Shown: piece by piece, positions 9,381-19,755 of the stretch
Position numbering within the stretch: the stretch's first letter is position 1
Layout: every line of letters begins with the position of its first letter
From: a virus
DNA: 30,882 nucleotides
IMG/VR virus record: IMGVR_UViG_3300045988_046657
Direction: 5' to 3' (one strand)
Translations under genes and position numbers: made by a program
Notes under the pieces: generated by a model
Told to the model about the DNA's origin: nothing
Databases searched by the model: none
What the model saw: the letters and a program-made list of their open reading frames with translations, nothing else

Positions 9381-9932
9381 ATGCAAAATGTGAACAATGT
9401 AAGTGCAGGAAAACCCAAAATAGGAGGAGCAGTCTTCGTAGCGCCGATTGGAACAGAGCTGCCGGAAGATGTAACGACACAACTTGACGCGGCTTTTAAG
9501 GGACTTGGATATTGCTCTGACGATGGGATAACAAACACAAACAGCCCGGAAACTGAAGAGCAAAAGGCATGGGGCGGAGATACAGTACTGAACATGCAGG
9601 CAAGCAAAGCAGATACGTTTAAATTAAAGCTCTTGGAAGTGCTGAATGTAGATGTGTTAAAAACAGTGTACGGGGAAAACAACGTAACGGGAACGATAGA
9701 AGCCGGAATAACAATTAAAGCAAACAACAGTGAGACGGAACAAGTATCTTGGGTATTTGACATGATACTAAAAGGAGCAGTGAAAAGAATTGTAATTCCG
9801 CAGGCAAGCATCTCGGAGTTAGGGGATATTGTATACAAAGACAACGAGGCGACGGGATATGAATTAACAATCGCAGCAGTCGCGGACAAGGAAGGGAACA
9901 CACACTACGAATATATTAAAAAAGCGGGATAA
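9381..9932 (+). CDS. major tail protein (phi13 / TP901-1-like family)
   Basis: [21 protein letters not shown]...[12 protein letters not shown] has major-tail-protein style; 183 aa; strong RBS AAAGGAGAAAG. Confidence 0.7.
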   Translation: MQNVNNVSAGKPKIGGAVFVAPIGTELPEDVTTQLDAAFKGLGYCSDDGITNTNSPETEEQKAWGGDTVLNMQASKADTFKLKLLEVLNVDVLKTVYGENNVTGTIEAGITIKANNSETEQVSWVFDMILKGAVKRIVIPQASISELGDIVYKDNEATGYELTIAAVADKEGNTHYEYIKKAG

Positions 9933-9945
9933 GAGGTGATGAAAA

Positions 9946-10212
9946 ATGATTAAAGGAACAACGAAAAGCGGGTTTAATTACACTATACAAGAAGGTGCAT
10001 TAGACGATTACGAACTGCTCGAAGAATTGCGAGAAATAGACAAAGGGAACACAAGTCTGATAGTAGACGTAATAGAAAAGATCGTAGGCTCAGAACAAAA
10101 AGAGCAGTTAAAAAAACATGTAAGAGACGAAACGGGAAGAGTATCGATAAAACGAATGGTTGACGAAATCGGGGAAATTTTAAGAGGAAACCAACAGGGA
10201 AAAAACTCTTAA
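9946..10212 (+). CDS. tail assembly chaperone
   Basis: Small acidic ORF between the major tail and tape-measure genes. Confidence 0.45.
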   Translation: MIKGTTKSGFNYTIQEGALDDYELLEELREIDKGNTSLIVDVIEKIVGSEQKEQLKKHVRDETGRVSIKRMVDEIGEILRGNQQGKNS

Positions 10213-10223
10213 TCCTCGTTTGT

Positions 10224-10589
10224 ATGCTAAACACAGACGAGGAGGCACTCATATGCGATTTTGCGGAAACATATCGGATTTATAACTATAAAGAGATACC
10301 GTGTAAAATGGCGGCGATATATGCAAAAGGTTTAAAAGAAAACGCGAGAATAAAAATGAAATTGGCAGGCGTTAAAGTTACGCTGGAAGATATGCTATTG
10401 GCATCTATCGCAGATCATACAAAATTGCTGACATGGATGCAAACAGAAGATGCGCGTAAAGGAAAAAACAGACCCAAAACGATATTACCGAGACTACTTG
10501 GCGAAGAAGAACGAAAAATCATATCGTTTGAAACTGGGGAAGAGTTTGAGAAAGAATGGAAACGGCTGACAGAAAAAGGGGTGAAATAG
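10224..10589 (+). CDS. tail assembly chaperone (second ORF; gpT-like)
   Basis: Position directly upstream of, and overlapping, the tape-measure gene. Confidence 0.4.
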   Translation: MLNTDEEALICDFAETYRIYNYKEIPCKMAAIYAKGLKENARIKMKLAGVKVTLEDMLLASIADHTKLLTWMQTEDARKGKNRPKTILPRLLGEEERKIISFETGEEFEKEWKRLTEKGVK

Positions 10590-12598
10590 TGGAAAAGACA
10601 GAACTTGCGAAGGCGTATGTGCAAATTATACCGTCCGCAAAAGGGATAGGCGGAATGCTGCAAAACGAAGTAGGCGGAGAAACGGATGCGGCAGGAAAAT
10701 CGCTCGGAGACAGAATCGGCGGAGCGATCAAAGTCGCTGTAATCGCGGCGGGGATCGGAAAAGCCATTTCTGCGTCAATCAGCGAAGGTGCAGAACTAGA
10801 GCAAAGCATAGGCGGAATTGAAACACTATTTAAAGACAGTGCAGAGAAAGTAAAACAAAACGCTGCGAACGCCTACAAGACGGCCGGGATGAGCGCAAAC
10901 GAATACATGCAGTTAACAACAAGCTTCTCCGCGAGTCTGTTACAAAGTTTAGGAAATGATACAGCTAAAGCGGCAGATGTGGCAGATATGGCAATGACAG
11001 ACATGTCCGATAACATGAACAAAATGGGATCGAACATGGAGGATATCAAAAACGCATATCAAGGCTTTGCAAAGCAAAACTACACAATGCTGGACAACCT
11101 AAAACTAGGATACGGCGGCACAAAAACGGAAATGGAGCGGCTGCTTGCGGATGCGGAAAAAATTACAGGAGTAAAGTATGATATCAATAATTTATCAGAC
11201 GTATACTCGGCGATTCATGTAATACAAGGAGAGCTTGGAATTACAGGAACAACGGCGAAAGAAGCGGAAACAACACTGTCGGGGTCTTTGGCATCCATGA
11301 AAGCGGCGTTTAACAATCTACTTGGAAATATCGCTATCGGAGAGGATATCACGGACGAATTAAAACAGGTAGGAGAAACGGTCGCTACATTTTTGACGGG
11401 TAACTTAATACCGATGATCGGAAATGTGCTGGCGTCAATTCCTGATTTGCTCGGAAAGGATTTTGCGGCGGCAGGGCTGAACATGATCGCAGAAAACAGC
11501 GATCAAATATTAGAATCAGGAGTTTCGTTTGTGACGTCGCTTGTAACAGGAATTATAACAGCGCTTCCGTACCTTGCGGAGGCGGCGCTGAACTTGGTAG
11601 CATCTTTTGCAAATGCGATTTTAACAATGGATTGGCTGCTTGTTGCACAAAATCTGATAACGGGATTAAAAACGGGATTGGAGACAGCGGCGGTTGAAAC
11701 ACTGGGAACAGATACAAATATAGTAGACACGATCATGACGGGAATATCGGAGAAATTACCGGAATTCTTAAACAAAGGCGTCGAGATGGTGACGAAAATT
11801 GCGAACGGAATACTAGAATCGCTCCCACAATTAATTACGATGGCAGGCGAAGCAATAGTAAGTTTTGTTAGCGGAATGCAGTCGATGCTTCCGACGATAA
11901 TGCAAAAGGGAGCGGAGCTTATTTTAAATCTTGTCAACGGTATTATAACGAATTTGCCGCAGATTGCATCAGCGGCAGGAAGTGCAATTATACAATATGT
12001 AGCAGCAATAGGGAGAAACTTGCCGTCTGTATTACAAAGCGGAATCGAAATCATCGGGAAATTGGCTGCGGGATTAATACAGGCAATACCGAAATTGATC
12101 GCACAAATACCAACGATCATAACGAACATAAAAAATGAGTTTTTATCCGTGGACTGGGGAAAAATCGGGTTAAATATCATAAAAGGAATCGCGAACGGAT
12201 TAGCAAATGCAGCAGGCGCATTGTGGGACGCGGTAAAAAGTGCGCTGGGAGACTTTAAAGACAACATATTAGGCTTCTTCGGGATTCATTCGCCTTCGCG
12301 CTGGGGAGAATACGTAGGTAATATGATCGATCAAGGAATTGCAAACGGAATTTCGGGCGATGCGAAATTAGTAACAGACTCCGCGAACCTTGTAAAAAAA
12401 GCTGCATATGACCCATTGACAACAGATCTATCATATACGACAAACATCGGAAAAACAGGGAACGAAAACGGGAGACGCGGCATCGAAGAAAGACTGGATG
12501 CACTAGAAGAAGTGCTGATTACTATAGCAGGGAAAAAGCAAGAAGTTACAATGCTTTTAGACAGACGAGAATTAGGCAGAGCTTTGTTGGAAGTATAA
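10556..12598 (+). CDS. tail tape measure protein
   Basis: 680-aa Ala/Gly/Ile-rich helical protein in the canonical position; start may instead be the GTG at 10589 (RBS AGGGGTG). Confidence 0.8.
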   Translation: METADRKRGEIVEKTELAKAYVQIIPSAKGIGGMLQNEVGGETDAAGKSLGDRIGGAIKVAVIAAGIGKAISASISEGAELEQSIGGIETLFKDSAEKVKQNAANAYKTAGMSANEYMQLTTSFSASLLQSLGNDTAKAADVADMAMTDMSDNMNKMGSNMEDIKNAYQGFAKQNYTMLDNLKLGYGGTKTEMERLLADAEKITGVKYDINNLSDVYSAIHVIQGELGITGTTAKEAETTLSGSLASMKAAFNNLLGNIAIGEDITDELKQVGETVATFLTGNLIPMIGNVLASIPDLLGKDFAAAGLNMIAENSDQILESGVSFVTSLVTGIITALPYLAEAALNLVASFANAILTMDWLLVAQNLITGLKTGLETAAVETLGTDTNIVDTIMTGISEKLPEFLNKGVEMVTKIANGILESLPQLITMAGEAIVSFVSGMQSMLPTIMQKGAELILNLVNGIITNLPQIASAAGSAIIQYVAAIGRNLPSVLQSGIEIIGKLAAGLIQAIPKLIAQIPTIITNIKNEFLSVDWGKIGLNIIKGIANGLANAAGALWDAVKSALGDFKDNILGFFGIHSPSRWGEYVGNMIDQGIANGISGDAKLVTDSANLVKKAAYDPLTTDLSYTTNIGKTGNENGRRGIEERLDALEEVLITIAGKKQEVTMLLDRRELGRALLEV

Positions 12599-12611
12599 AG
12601 GTAAAGCAAAA

Positions 12612-13448
12612 ATGATACGATATATCAATTCAGAAGGAAAAGAATATAAATTTTACGATGCAAGAGTGAGAGCAACAAGCGGAAATTTTCACAAGCACGC
12701 TTGGACGCCGGAAACGAGCAAAAGAAAAATAGGAGAAACTGTACAAGGTTTTGAGAAAGACGCGGCGGAGTACGAAATCACTTTTACGGTTAGAGGAGCG
12801 TTGGAAGATCGAAAAACATTTTTGGATGAAATGCAGGATGCGTTCGAAACAGATGTTTTACTAGAGAGTCCGGGAAGAATTTATTTTGGGGATTATTACA
12901 TAGATGGGTTTGTAACATCGTCCGAAACAAAAACGTCGGATATAGCAGTCTATTATTCACAAAATAAGGTGAAATTGTATTGTCCACGTCCAATATGGAC
13001 AAAAGAAAACTCGTACACATTTCACAGTTACGGTGCATCGTCTTCAGACAATAAACGCTACCCCGGGCGTTACCCATGCCGCTACGCAAATGGCATGAAT
13101 AACACATACATCCAAAACCCTCATTTTACAGACGTAAATTTTACACTTGTAATTTACGGACCGGTTGCAAACCCTCAAGTCATCATCGGAGATAAAAGCT
13201 ATTTGGTCAACATTGTTTTAGAGCAAGGAGAGCGGTTGGAGATAGACAGCCGCACGAGGACCGTTACGAAAGTGTCAAAAAACGGAGAAAAAGTTAACGC
13301 GTTTCATAACAGGGAAAAGGGAAAGACATTTTTCAAGAAGATCCCGCCCGGACGACAAAAAGTTGTGTGGTCGGGTAAATTCGACTGGGACTTAACGATC
13401 TACGAGGAAAGGAGCGAACCAAGATGGAGCGGGTGGAAGCAGCGCTAA
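12612..13448 (+). CDS. distal tail protein (Dit)
   Basis: 278 aa, immediately after the tape-measure gene. Confidence 0.55.
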   Translation: MIRYINSEGKEYKFYDARVRATSGNFHKHAWTPETSKRKIGETVQGFEKDAAEYEITFTVRGALEDRKTFLDEMQDAFETDVLLESPGRIYFGDYYIDGFVTSSETKTSDIAVYYSQNKVKLYCPRPIWTKENSYTFHSYGASSSDNKRYPGRYPCRYANGMNNTYIQNPHFTDVNFTLVIYGPVANPQVIIGDKSYLVNIVLEQGERLEIDSRTRTVTKVSKNGEKVNAFHNREKGKTFFKKIPPGRQKVVWSGKFDWDLTIYEERSEPRWSGWKQR

Positions 13449-14617
13449 ACGGGAATACGCAGAATTTACCGGAAATCGGAGAAAATCGCTACCAAGGAAA
13501 ACTAAACGCGCCGACAACGAAAGCGAAAGAAGCGGTTTACCCGGTAATGATTACCGCGACTGGGGATAATGGCGGAGTAACAGAAGAGACACGAGACTTG
13601 ATCGTGCGAAACGCAGACCTATTCCCACTGGAATTTATCATTGCCCGAAAAAACGAAGAAGAGCTGGGATTTTTAGATCAGAGCGTTGCGATCGACATGG
13701 ATCTTGGAGATACGGACGACTTTGAAATCCGCTTACCGCAGGAAGAGTGGACAAAAGAATGGTACTGGTACGGAAATCGCATTTTTGTACCGGGAACAGA
13801 ATACGGCGGAATCCTAAACAGCCTCGAAGTGATGACCAAAACGCAAGAAATTGTGTGGTGTGGCACAACGTGGAGAGGACTGTTAAAGCAAAAAATCATA
13901 GAACCGCCGGAGGGAGAGGACCACCTGACGGTGAGCGGAGACTTGAACGACATCTTGAGAGAACTTATCAAAGACCGATTCGACGGTCTTTTTTTTGTAC
14001 CGGAAGAAAAGGCGGGGATCACCGTCACAGGCTGGCAGATCGACCGATACGTCACGTTATATGATGCAGTCGATAAAATGTTAAGCACTCAAGGATATCG
14101 CCTGCAGATCAGCTATATTGAGCCGGAAAACCTTGATTACGGGTATGTTTCCATCAGAGCTGTACAAGTCAAAGACTACTCGGAAACACTGGAATACTCA
14201 CAAGACGGAGAGGTACAGTTTACCATAAAAGATTACAGAGGCGGTGTCAATCACTTGATCTGCGCCGGAAAAGGACAAAACGAAGAGCGGATCATCCTGC
14301 ATTTATACGTACAAAAAGACGGAAGCGTCGGAAAGACTCCGTATTACACAGGACTCGAAGAAAACGAAGCGGTTTATGAGTTTTCGAGCGCGGACAAAGA
14401 AAAGCTGGAAGAGGATGGAACAAAGCGACTGAAAGAGCTGCAAAACTATAAAAGCATCGACGTAAACGTAGAAGGGATCGACTTGGAAATCGGCGACATC
14501 GTCGGCGGATATGAAGAAATTACAGGAACGAGACTACAAAAGCCGATCGTTAGAAAAATCATAAAAACAAAAAACGGAAAAACAACAACAGAATATAAAG
14601 TAAAAGGAGATGACTAG
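13424..14617 (+). CDS. tail-associated / baseplate hub protein (Tal-like, short)
   Basis: Position after Dit; 397 aa. Confidence 0.45.
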   Translation: MERVEAALNGNTQNLPEIGENRYQGKLNAPTTKAKEAVYPVMITATGDNGGVTEETRDLIVRNADLFPLEFIIARKNEEELGFLDQSVAIDMDLGDTDDFEIRLPQEEWTKEWYWYGNRIFVPGTEYGGILNSLEVMTKTQEIVWCGTTWRGLLKQKIIEPPEGEDHLTVSGDLNDILRELIKDRFDGLFFVPEEKAGITVTGWQIDRYVTLYDAVDKMLSTQGYRLQISYIEPENLDYGYVSIRAVQVKDYSETLEYSQDGEVQFTIKDYRGGVNHLICAGKGQNEERIILHLYVQKDGSVGKTPYYTGLEENEAVYEFSSADKEKLEEDGTKRLKELQNYKSIDVNVEGIDLEIGDIVGGYEEITGTRLQKPIVRKIIKTKNGKTTTEYKVKGDD

Positions 14618-15499
14618 ATGGGAGAACTGAAAGGAATTACAATCAATACCGACCCAGCGGCGGAGGCACATATTTACGCGGAAGACGACGCAGCGATTTA
14701 TCAGAGCATTGTCGGATCAGATGGGGTCATGATGATCGGCCAGCAATGTGAAAGTCAGGTGATCAGTAACAACAAAGTACGAGTAAAAGACGGAGTTATC
14801 GTAGTAGGCGGACATTTTGCCCGCATCCCGTACGGAGATTATATTGACTGTGAGATTGTCAACGGGCAATCCGGCAGAAACCGAAACGACATCATCATAG
14901 CAAAATTCATCACTACGGGAACAGGTGGCATCGACACCTATACATTAGAGGTCAAACAGGGCGCATCCACAACCGGGGCGGCAACCGATCCGGCGCTAAC
15001 ACAAAACGATCTGTACCAATCGGGAAAAATCAGAGAAATGCCGCTCTATCGAGTGGTAATTGAAGGATTAAGCATCACAAAAGTAGAAAAGATGTTCGAA
15101 AGCATCCCGACAATCCCTATGTTAAATACATATTTGTTACAATTACAGGCTCACCATGATAAAAAGACGCTCACGCCCACGGATCTGGGCGTAAGAGCAG
15201 AAGTGTGGAAAGCCATAGCAAGCAACTCGTATAAAATCGGTAAAACGGTGCATCTAAACATAGAAATCTATACAACTGCCACAATAGTTGCAAACAACGT
15301 GTACGACAATGTTTTTTCGATACCGCCACAGTATCGCCCATTAAATAACACTGTTGTAAATGTAGTGGCATCAGACGGAACGTATAAAAACCCAGTCGCT
15401 TGTACATCTTTAGCGAAGGAAAACGGTAATCTGTTTGTCTGCATCCCAAAAGCTACAAATAATTATCTTTTTATCGATGCGGAGTGGGAGTGTGCTTGA
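14618..15499 (+). CDS. baseplate / tail fibre-associated structural protein
   Basis: Position; 293 aa. Confidence 0.35.
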   Translation: MGELKGITINTDPAAEAHIYAEDDAAIYQSIVGSDGVMMIGQQCESQVISNNKVRVKDGVIVVGGHFARIPYGDYIDCEIVNGQSGRNRNDIIIAKFITTGTGGIDTYTLEVKQGASTTGAATDPALTQNDLYQSGKIREMPLYRVVIEGLSITKVEKMFESIPTIPMLNTYLLQLQAHHDKKTLTPTDLGVRAEVWKAIASNSYKIGKTVHLNIEIYTTATIVANNVYDNVFSIPPQYRPLNNTVVNVVASDGTYKNPVACTSLAKENGNLFVCIPKATNNYLFIDAEWECA

Positions 15500-15598
15500 T
15501 AATTAATTACTTTTTGGTGTATTTAATTGTAACGCATCTTTCCTATTGCGTATTCCAATCGGAGTCAGAAAACAGATCTTTTAGAAAGGAATGATAAC

Positions 15599-16360
15599 AT
15601 GAAACTTATTTTTAATGATGCAACTGATATGCCGATACAGTCATATGAAAAAATCGGTGGTGCGGTGCGATTCTTGACAATCGGAATTGCGCCGGAAAAG
15701 CTGAAAGAAATCTTTGAGGATGCAACAAAAACAAAGGTGATGAACGTCACAGAACGTGGGCAGATCATAGATACCTTGGAAAATTACACGGGATACGATT
15801 ATACTGAGATACATCCGGGTGGAATTTATGGAGTTGTAAATAATAAAGCCGGTCTGTCAACAGAGGAGCGATTGGATGACATGGGGATTAAGTTGGAAAC
15901 AGCGAAGCAGGACATAGAAGCACTGAAGGAAAACGGTGGCAACGGTGGAGCACCGGGAACGTATGCGTCTGTCTTTGCGATGGCTAAAATATCTGCAGAG
16001 AAAATTACAGATGATGAGCAGGCTCTTAAGGTAGCAGATCTGTACGATTTATGGAGCGGCGATGGAGTAGCCTACAAGACTGGAAAGTATATTACTTACC
16101 AAGATGCGCTATATAAGGTACTCCAAAACCATACATCTCAAGCGGACTGGGCGCCGGACACCGCCTCAAGTTTATATGCTAAGGTGCTTACAGATCCGAC
16201 CGGAAAAGTATTGCCGTGGGAGCAGCCAAACAGCACAAACCCATACAAAAAAGGTGATAGGGTAACACATAAAGGGAAAACGTGGGAGTCTCTTGTAGAC
16301 AGCAATGTGTGGGAACCGGGTGCAGTTGGATCCGAGAGTCTCTGGAAAGAAGTTGCATAA
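15599..16360 (+). CDS. receptor-binding / tail fibre protein with CBM5/12-like carbohydrate-binding motifs
   Basis: Two aromatic motifs, YITYQDALYKV...WAP and YKKGDRVTHKGKTWESL...WEPG, resemble CBM5/12 signatures; last gene before the holin. Confidence 0.5.
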   Translation: MKLIFNDATDMPIQSYEKIGGAVRFLTIGIAPEKLKEIFEDATKTKVMNVTERGQIIDTLENYTGYDYTEIHPGGIYGVVNNKAGLSTEERLDDMGIKLETAKQDIEALKENGGNGGAPGTYASVFAMAKISAEKITDDEQALKVADLYDLWSGDGVAYKTGKYITYQDALYKVLQNHTSQADWAPDTASSLYAKVLTDPTGKVLPWEQPNSTNPYKKGDRVTHKGKTWESLVDSNVWEPGAVGSESLWKEVA

Positions 16361-16381
16361 CGAGAAAGGAAAGTGAGGAAT

Positions 16382-16852
16382 ATGAAAATGAATTATGCAG
16401 AAGCAATTATTGACGGATACAATGCGATTGCAGGAGCGATTGTGGCGGTGTTGTCCTACATATTAGGAGAGCACTGGATCTTATTTGCAGCCTTTTTGCT
16501 ACTTAATGTAGCAGACTGGATAACCGGGTGGATGAAGAGCAAGATGGCCAACAAAGAAAACTCTGTCAGAGGCTGGAAAGGCGTCCTTAAGAAGTTGGGG
16601 TACTGGCTTATGATTATGGTTGCGTTTGGGGCATCGGCAATCTTTATCGAGATCGGTAAGGCGATCGGTGTAGATTTAGGGATCACTACATTGCTTGGAT
16701 GGTTCGTACTGGCCAGCTTGCTTATAAATGAGATTCGCTCGATTTTGGAAAATTTCGTAGAAGCTGGATTTAACGTGCCGATTATATTGATTAAAGGTTT
16801 AGAGGTTGCAGACAAGGTCGTAAATAAAGATGGAGATTCAGAGGGCGAGTGA
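16382..16852 (+). CDS. holin (phage phi LC3-family-like, multiple TM segments)
   Basis: Hydrophobic segments AIAGAIVAVLSYILG, ILFAAFLLLNVADWITGW and YWLMIMVAFGASAIFI; immediately upstream of the endolysin. Confidence 0.7.
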   Translation: MKMNYAEAIIDGYNAIAGAIVAVLSYILGEHWILFAAFLLLNVADWITGWMKSKMANKENSVRGWKGVLKKLGYWLMIMVAFGASAIFIEIGKAIGVDLGITTLLGWFVLASLLINEIRSILENFVEAGFNVPIILIKGLEVADKVVNKDGDSEGE

Positions 16853-16864
16853 TCGCCCTCTTTT
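16841..16864 (+). terminator. hairpin with T-tract overlapping the holin stop codon (possible attenuator or terminator)
   Basis: GAGGGCGA-GTGA-TCGCCCTC followed by TTTTG. Confidence 0.35.
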
Positions 16865-16899
16865 GCGCCGGTGCAAATGCCGGAAGAAAGGAGAAGAAC

Positions 16900-17874
16900 A
16901 TGAGTATTTGTAGAGGAGTAGCAGGACTTAGAGGTGGAAATCCGAGAGGAATTTTTATTCACAACGATGCAGGATCACAAAATGCAAATGCAGCGTTTTA
17001 CAGAAAATGGCTGCAAACGCATCCGTTAGAAAACGGATTTGCTCACGCTTATGTAGCTAGTGACGGGATCTTGTATGCGGAAGATGATGCCTACGCGGCA
17101 TGGCACTGCGGGCAGACAGACGGAAACCGGAACTATTATTCGATCGAGGTCTGTCAGAGTATGGGGGATTTGGAAATCTTTAAGAAAAATGAAGAGAATG
17201 CGTTGAAGCTGGCAGCGCAGAAGTGTAAGCAGTACGGTATCGTTCCAAACACGAATACAATCCGGCTGCACAAGGAGGTGTATGCAACAGCGTGTCCGCA
17301 CAGATCTGTAGAGATTCATGGGGGCACATCTGGCTGTAAAACATATTTTATTAATAAAATCCGTGAGTATATGGGAATGGACAAGTTGCCGGATGCTCCG
17401 GTTGTCAGTGGAGGCGGAAGCAGTGCAGCATCCGGTGATCCCGGCATTGTGTTTACTTATGGCGTTATGTTGACCGACGGAACAATCCTGCCCTTTGTGA
17501 ATAACCTGTCTGATTTTGCAGGACTTCCGGGTCGTACAATCACCGGTATCGCGATAAAGGTTAATAAAGGTACTGTAAAATACCGCGTGCATGTAAAGGG
17601 CAAGGGATGGTTACCTTACGTAACCGGATGTAACTGGTCTGACGCAAATAACGGCTATGCTGGATATCCGGGAGCTGTGATCGATGCCGTAGAGGTATAT
17701 TATGACACTCCGGCGGATATTGTTGCAAAATATGGTTATCAAAAAGCGCAGTACAGAGTCGCTCCGATCGGCGGCGGTTACTATCCGTGGCAGTTCGACA
17801 ATGAGACTGGAAATGGACAGGACGGACATGCCGGATGTTTTGGCATTGCGTTTGATAAATTTCAGCTGTACTAA
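16900..17874 (+). CDS. endolysin: N-acetylmuramoyl-L-alanine amidase (Amidase_2/PGRP fold) with C-terminal cell-wall-binding region
   Basis: IFIHNDAGS...AHAYVASDG...AWHCGQTDGNRNYYSIEVC...ACPHRS matches Amidase_2 Zn-site motifs; start ATG at 16900 (RBS GGAAGAAAGGAGAAG); unclassified about 150-aa C-terminal domain. Confidence 0.8.
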   Translation: MSICRGVAGLRGGNPRGIFIHNDAGSQNANAAFYRKWLQTHPLENGFAHAYVASDGILYAEDDAYAAWHCGQTDGNRNYYSIEVCQSMGDLEIFKKNEENALKLAAQKCKQYGIVPNTNTIRLHKEVYATACPHRSVEIHGGTSGCKTYFINKIREYMGMDKLPDAPVVSGGGSSAASGDPGIVFTYGVMLTDGTILPFVNNLSDFAGLPGRTITGIAIKVNKGTVKYRVHVKGKGWLPYVTGCNWSDANNGYAGYPGAVIDAVEVYYDTPADIVAKYGYQKAQYRVAPIGGGYYPWQFDNETGNGQDGHAGCFGIAFDKFQLY

Positions 17875-17883
17875 AAAACATTT

Positions 17884-17905
17884 CCCCGGAGTATTAGCTC
17901 CGGGG
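17884..17905. terminator. bidirectional terminator between the convergent lysis and integrase genes
   Basis: CCCCGGAG-TATTAG-CTCCGGGG, with an A-tract upstream and a T-containing tract downstream. Confidence 0.5.
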
Positions 17906-18004
17906 AGAAATATTGTATCATCTTCATACATTATATAAAGAAGTAACAGTTGCAGGTTTTTACGTTAAGGATACCTTATAGGGATATAAAATGATTTGTA
18001 TGTT

Positions 18005-18035
18005 GTTACGAAAAGGTTGACCTTTTTGTTATAAC
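18005..18035. other. candidate attP core (imperfect 30-bp inverted repeat around a central TG)
   Basis: GTTACGAAAAGGT-TG-ACCTTTTTGTTATAAC lies 3' of the serine integrase gene, between the lysis module and int. Confidence 0.25.
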
Positions 18036-18061
18036 CTACAAAACTGCGAAATCCCTTGATT

Positions 18062-19543
18062 TTACTGAGATTCCGGCGCATAGTAGTAATAAACTTTCAG
18101 CTCATCTTTTGAGCGATCATATATAATCTTTTCTATCACGCTCTTTAGGATTTCATTTTTGGTTACGGAGTCCACAGAGTCAGATTCTATGATTTCATAT
18201 ACATTTCTTACTTTTTCCAACATAGCGAGTTTAGAAGTATCAATAGTAGGTTCTGCTGGTTTTATGTCTGCAAGCTGCTTTTCCAGCATCTCTTTTTCTT
18301 CCTGAACCATGCGCTTATTTTCTTTATATTCATCAAGTGTATCTACTCCATTACGGTACGCTTCTCTGATGCGGTCAAATTTTTCCACATTCTTTCTTAA
18401 CTGCTCCGTAATAATGACGTTTAGATCCACAGAAGTTTCCTGCACCGGTTCAACGTGCCTGTAGATGATGTTGCCAGTGTCCAGAACTTCTTTTATGGAT
18501 GCAAGTACCGCCGGTTCCAGCTTCAAGGAGCTTACAGATGTCTTGGCAAGGCATTTTCCTTTTGAGTACCCATAGCATGTAAAATAGCAGTATGATTTTT
18601 GGTTATTTACTGTTTTGGCAATCATGGTTCTTCCGCATACAGGGCACTTCATAAGACCTGAAAGCCAATGTTTGTATGTAGAGGAAGGTCTGGTGCCGGA
18701 TGGTTTGTATTCGCTTTTGTAACGGATCTGCGCTTTGTCAAATAATTCTTTAGATATAATAGCAGGTTGCTGACCATCAGAGACAATCCATTCTGATTCC
18801 GGTCGGATTTCGTTTGTTTCGCTTACGGTACGGTTCCATCGGATCATACCGCAGTAAGTTGGGTTCTGTAAGATGTATTCAATAGATCTGCGTTCAAACG
18901 GTTTGTTGTGAGATGTTTTAAACCCACACAAATTTAGATAGCGTGCTATGTCGAATATTCCGGTATGTTCATTTACATATTTATCAAATATGATTTTAAT
19001 TATTTCAGCTTCTTCCGGCACAATAACAGGAGGTTTTCCGCGCTCTTGGATTTTATATCCAAGCGGAGGACGCGCCTGATAGCCGCCGCGTTTTGCCTTT
19101 TCTGTCATACCTCGTGTCACTTCGCCGGAAAGACGGACAGAATAGTACTCGTCCATCCATTCAATGATGCGCTCGATCAAAGAGCCGAACGGACCGTCTA
19201 CAAGCGGCTCGGAAACGCTCAAGACTTCTACGTTGTGCTTCTTCTTTAAAAGAGATTTATAAACAATAGACTCTTCCTGATTTCTTGCAAATCGACTGAA
19301 TTTCCACACGATGATACAATCTACAGGATGTTTGTCTGATTTGGCAAGAGCGATCATCTTTTGAAACTCCGGACGCTTGTCAGCTTTCCGACCGGAAATA
19401 CCGAGCTCATAAAAGATTTGCAGGACAATCATATCGTTCTTTTTAGCAAAGTCTTTCAACAGTTTTGCCTGCGAATCAGGAGAGAGTTCTTCTTGGCCGG
19501 ATGTGGATACCCTAACATAACCATAACAATATTTAGTTTTCAT
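18062..19543 (-). CDS. int: large serine recombinase (phage integrase)
   Basis: N-terminal resolvase catalytic domain YGYVRVSTSGQ...SGRKADKRPEF; recombinase domain; C-terminal zinc ribbon CPVCGRTM...CYFTCYGYSKGKC and coiled-coil; RBS GAGGTG. Confidence 0.9.
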   Translation of the reverse strand: MKTKYCYGYVRVSTSGQEELSPDSQAKLLKDFAKKNDMIVLQIFYELGISGRKADKRPEFQKMIALAKSDKHPVDCIIVWKFSRFARNQEESIVYKSLLKKKHNVEVLSVSEPLVDGPFGSLIERIIEWMDEYYSVRLSGEVTRGMTEKAKRGGYQARPPLGYKIQERGKPPVIVPEEAEIIKIIFDKYVNEHTGIFDIARYLNLCGFKTSHNKPFERRSIEYILQNPTYCGMIRWNRTVSETNEIRPESEWIVSDGQQPAIISKELFDKAQIRYKSEYKPSGTRPSSTYKHWLSGLMKCPVCGRTMIAKTVNNQKSYCYFTCYGYSKGKCLAKTSVSSLKLEPAVLASIKEVLDTGNIIYRHVEPVQETSVDLNVIITEQLRKNVEKFDRIREAYRNGVDTLDEYKENKRMVQEEKEMLEKQLADIKPAEPTIDTSKLAMLEKVRNVYEIIESDSVDSVTKNEILKSVIEKIIYDRSKDELKVYYYYAPESQ

Positions 19544-19700
19544 GACATCACCTCGGTTGATTCATTCTATTCCTGACAGAGCAGGAAAATGAGTATAAAA
19601 ATAACAGCTATCAAGAAACAAATGTTCTGATTGCGATAGCTGACCGAAGATGATACAATATTTTTGAGTTGGGGTATCATTCTTCGGAATGTTACTTGAG

Positions 19701-19724
19701 CCGTTCCTGTTGGCGCAGGAGCGG
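19701..19724 (+). terminator. strong hairpin followed by U-rich tract on + strand, abutting a promoter
   Basis: CCGTTCCTG-TTGGCG-CAGGAGCGG (9 bp including one G·U) then TTCTTGACTTTTT. Confidence 0.35.
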
Positions 19725-19727
19725 TTC

Positions 19728-19755
19728 TTGACTTTTTAGGTACATTTGCTATAAT
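19728..19755 (+). promoter_or_regulatory. near-consensus sigma-A promoter (TTGACT, 16-bp spacer, TGcTATAAT) reading into the 3' end of the lysogeny operon
   Basis: TTGACT at 19728..19733 and extended -10 TGCTATAAT at 19747..19755. Confidence 0.5.

Noticed and set aside
11503-12267. 254-aa minus-strand ORF inside the tape measure gene
   Set aside because: Antisense shadow ORF of an Ala/Gly/Ile-rich coding region; no start context.
16456-17592. Minus-strand ORFs 16456..16962 and 17026..17592 opposite the holin and endolysin
   Set aside because: Antisense shadow ORFs of confidently identified lysis genes.
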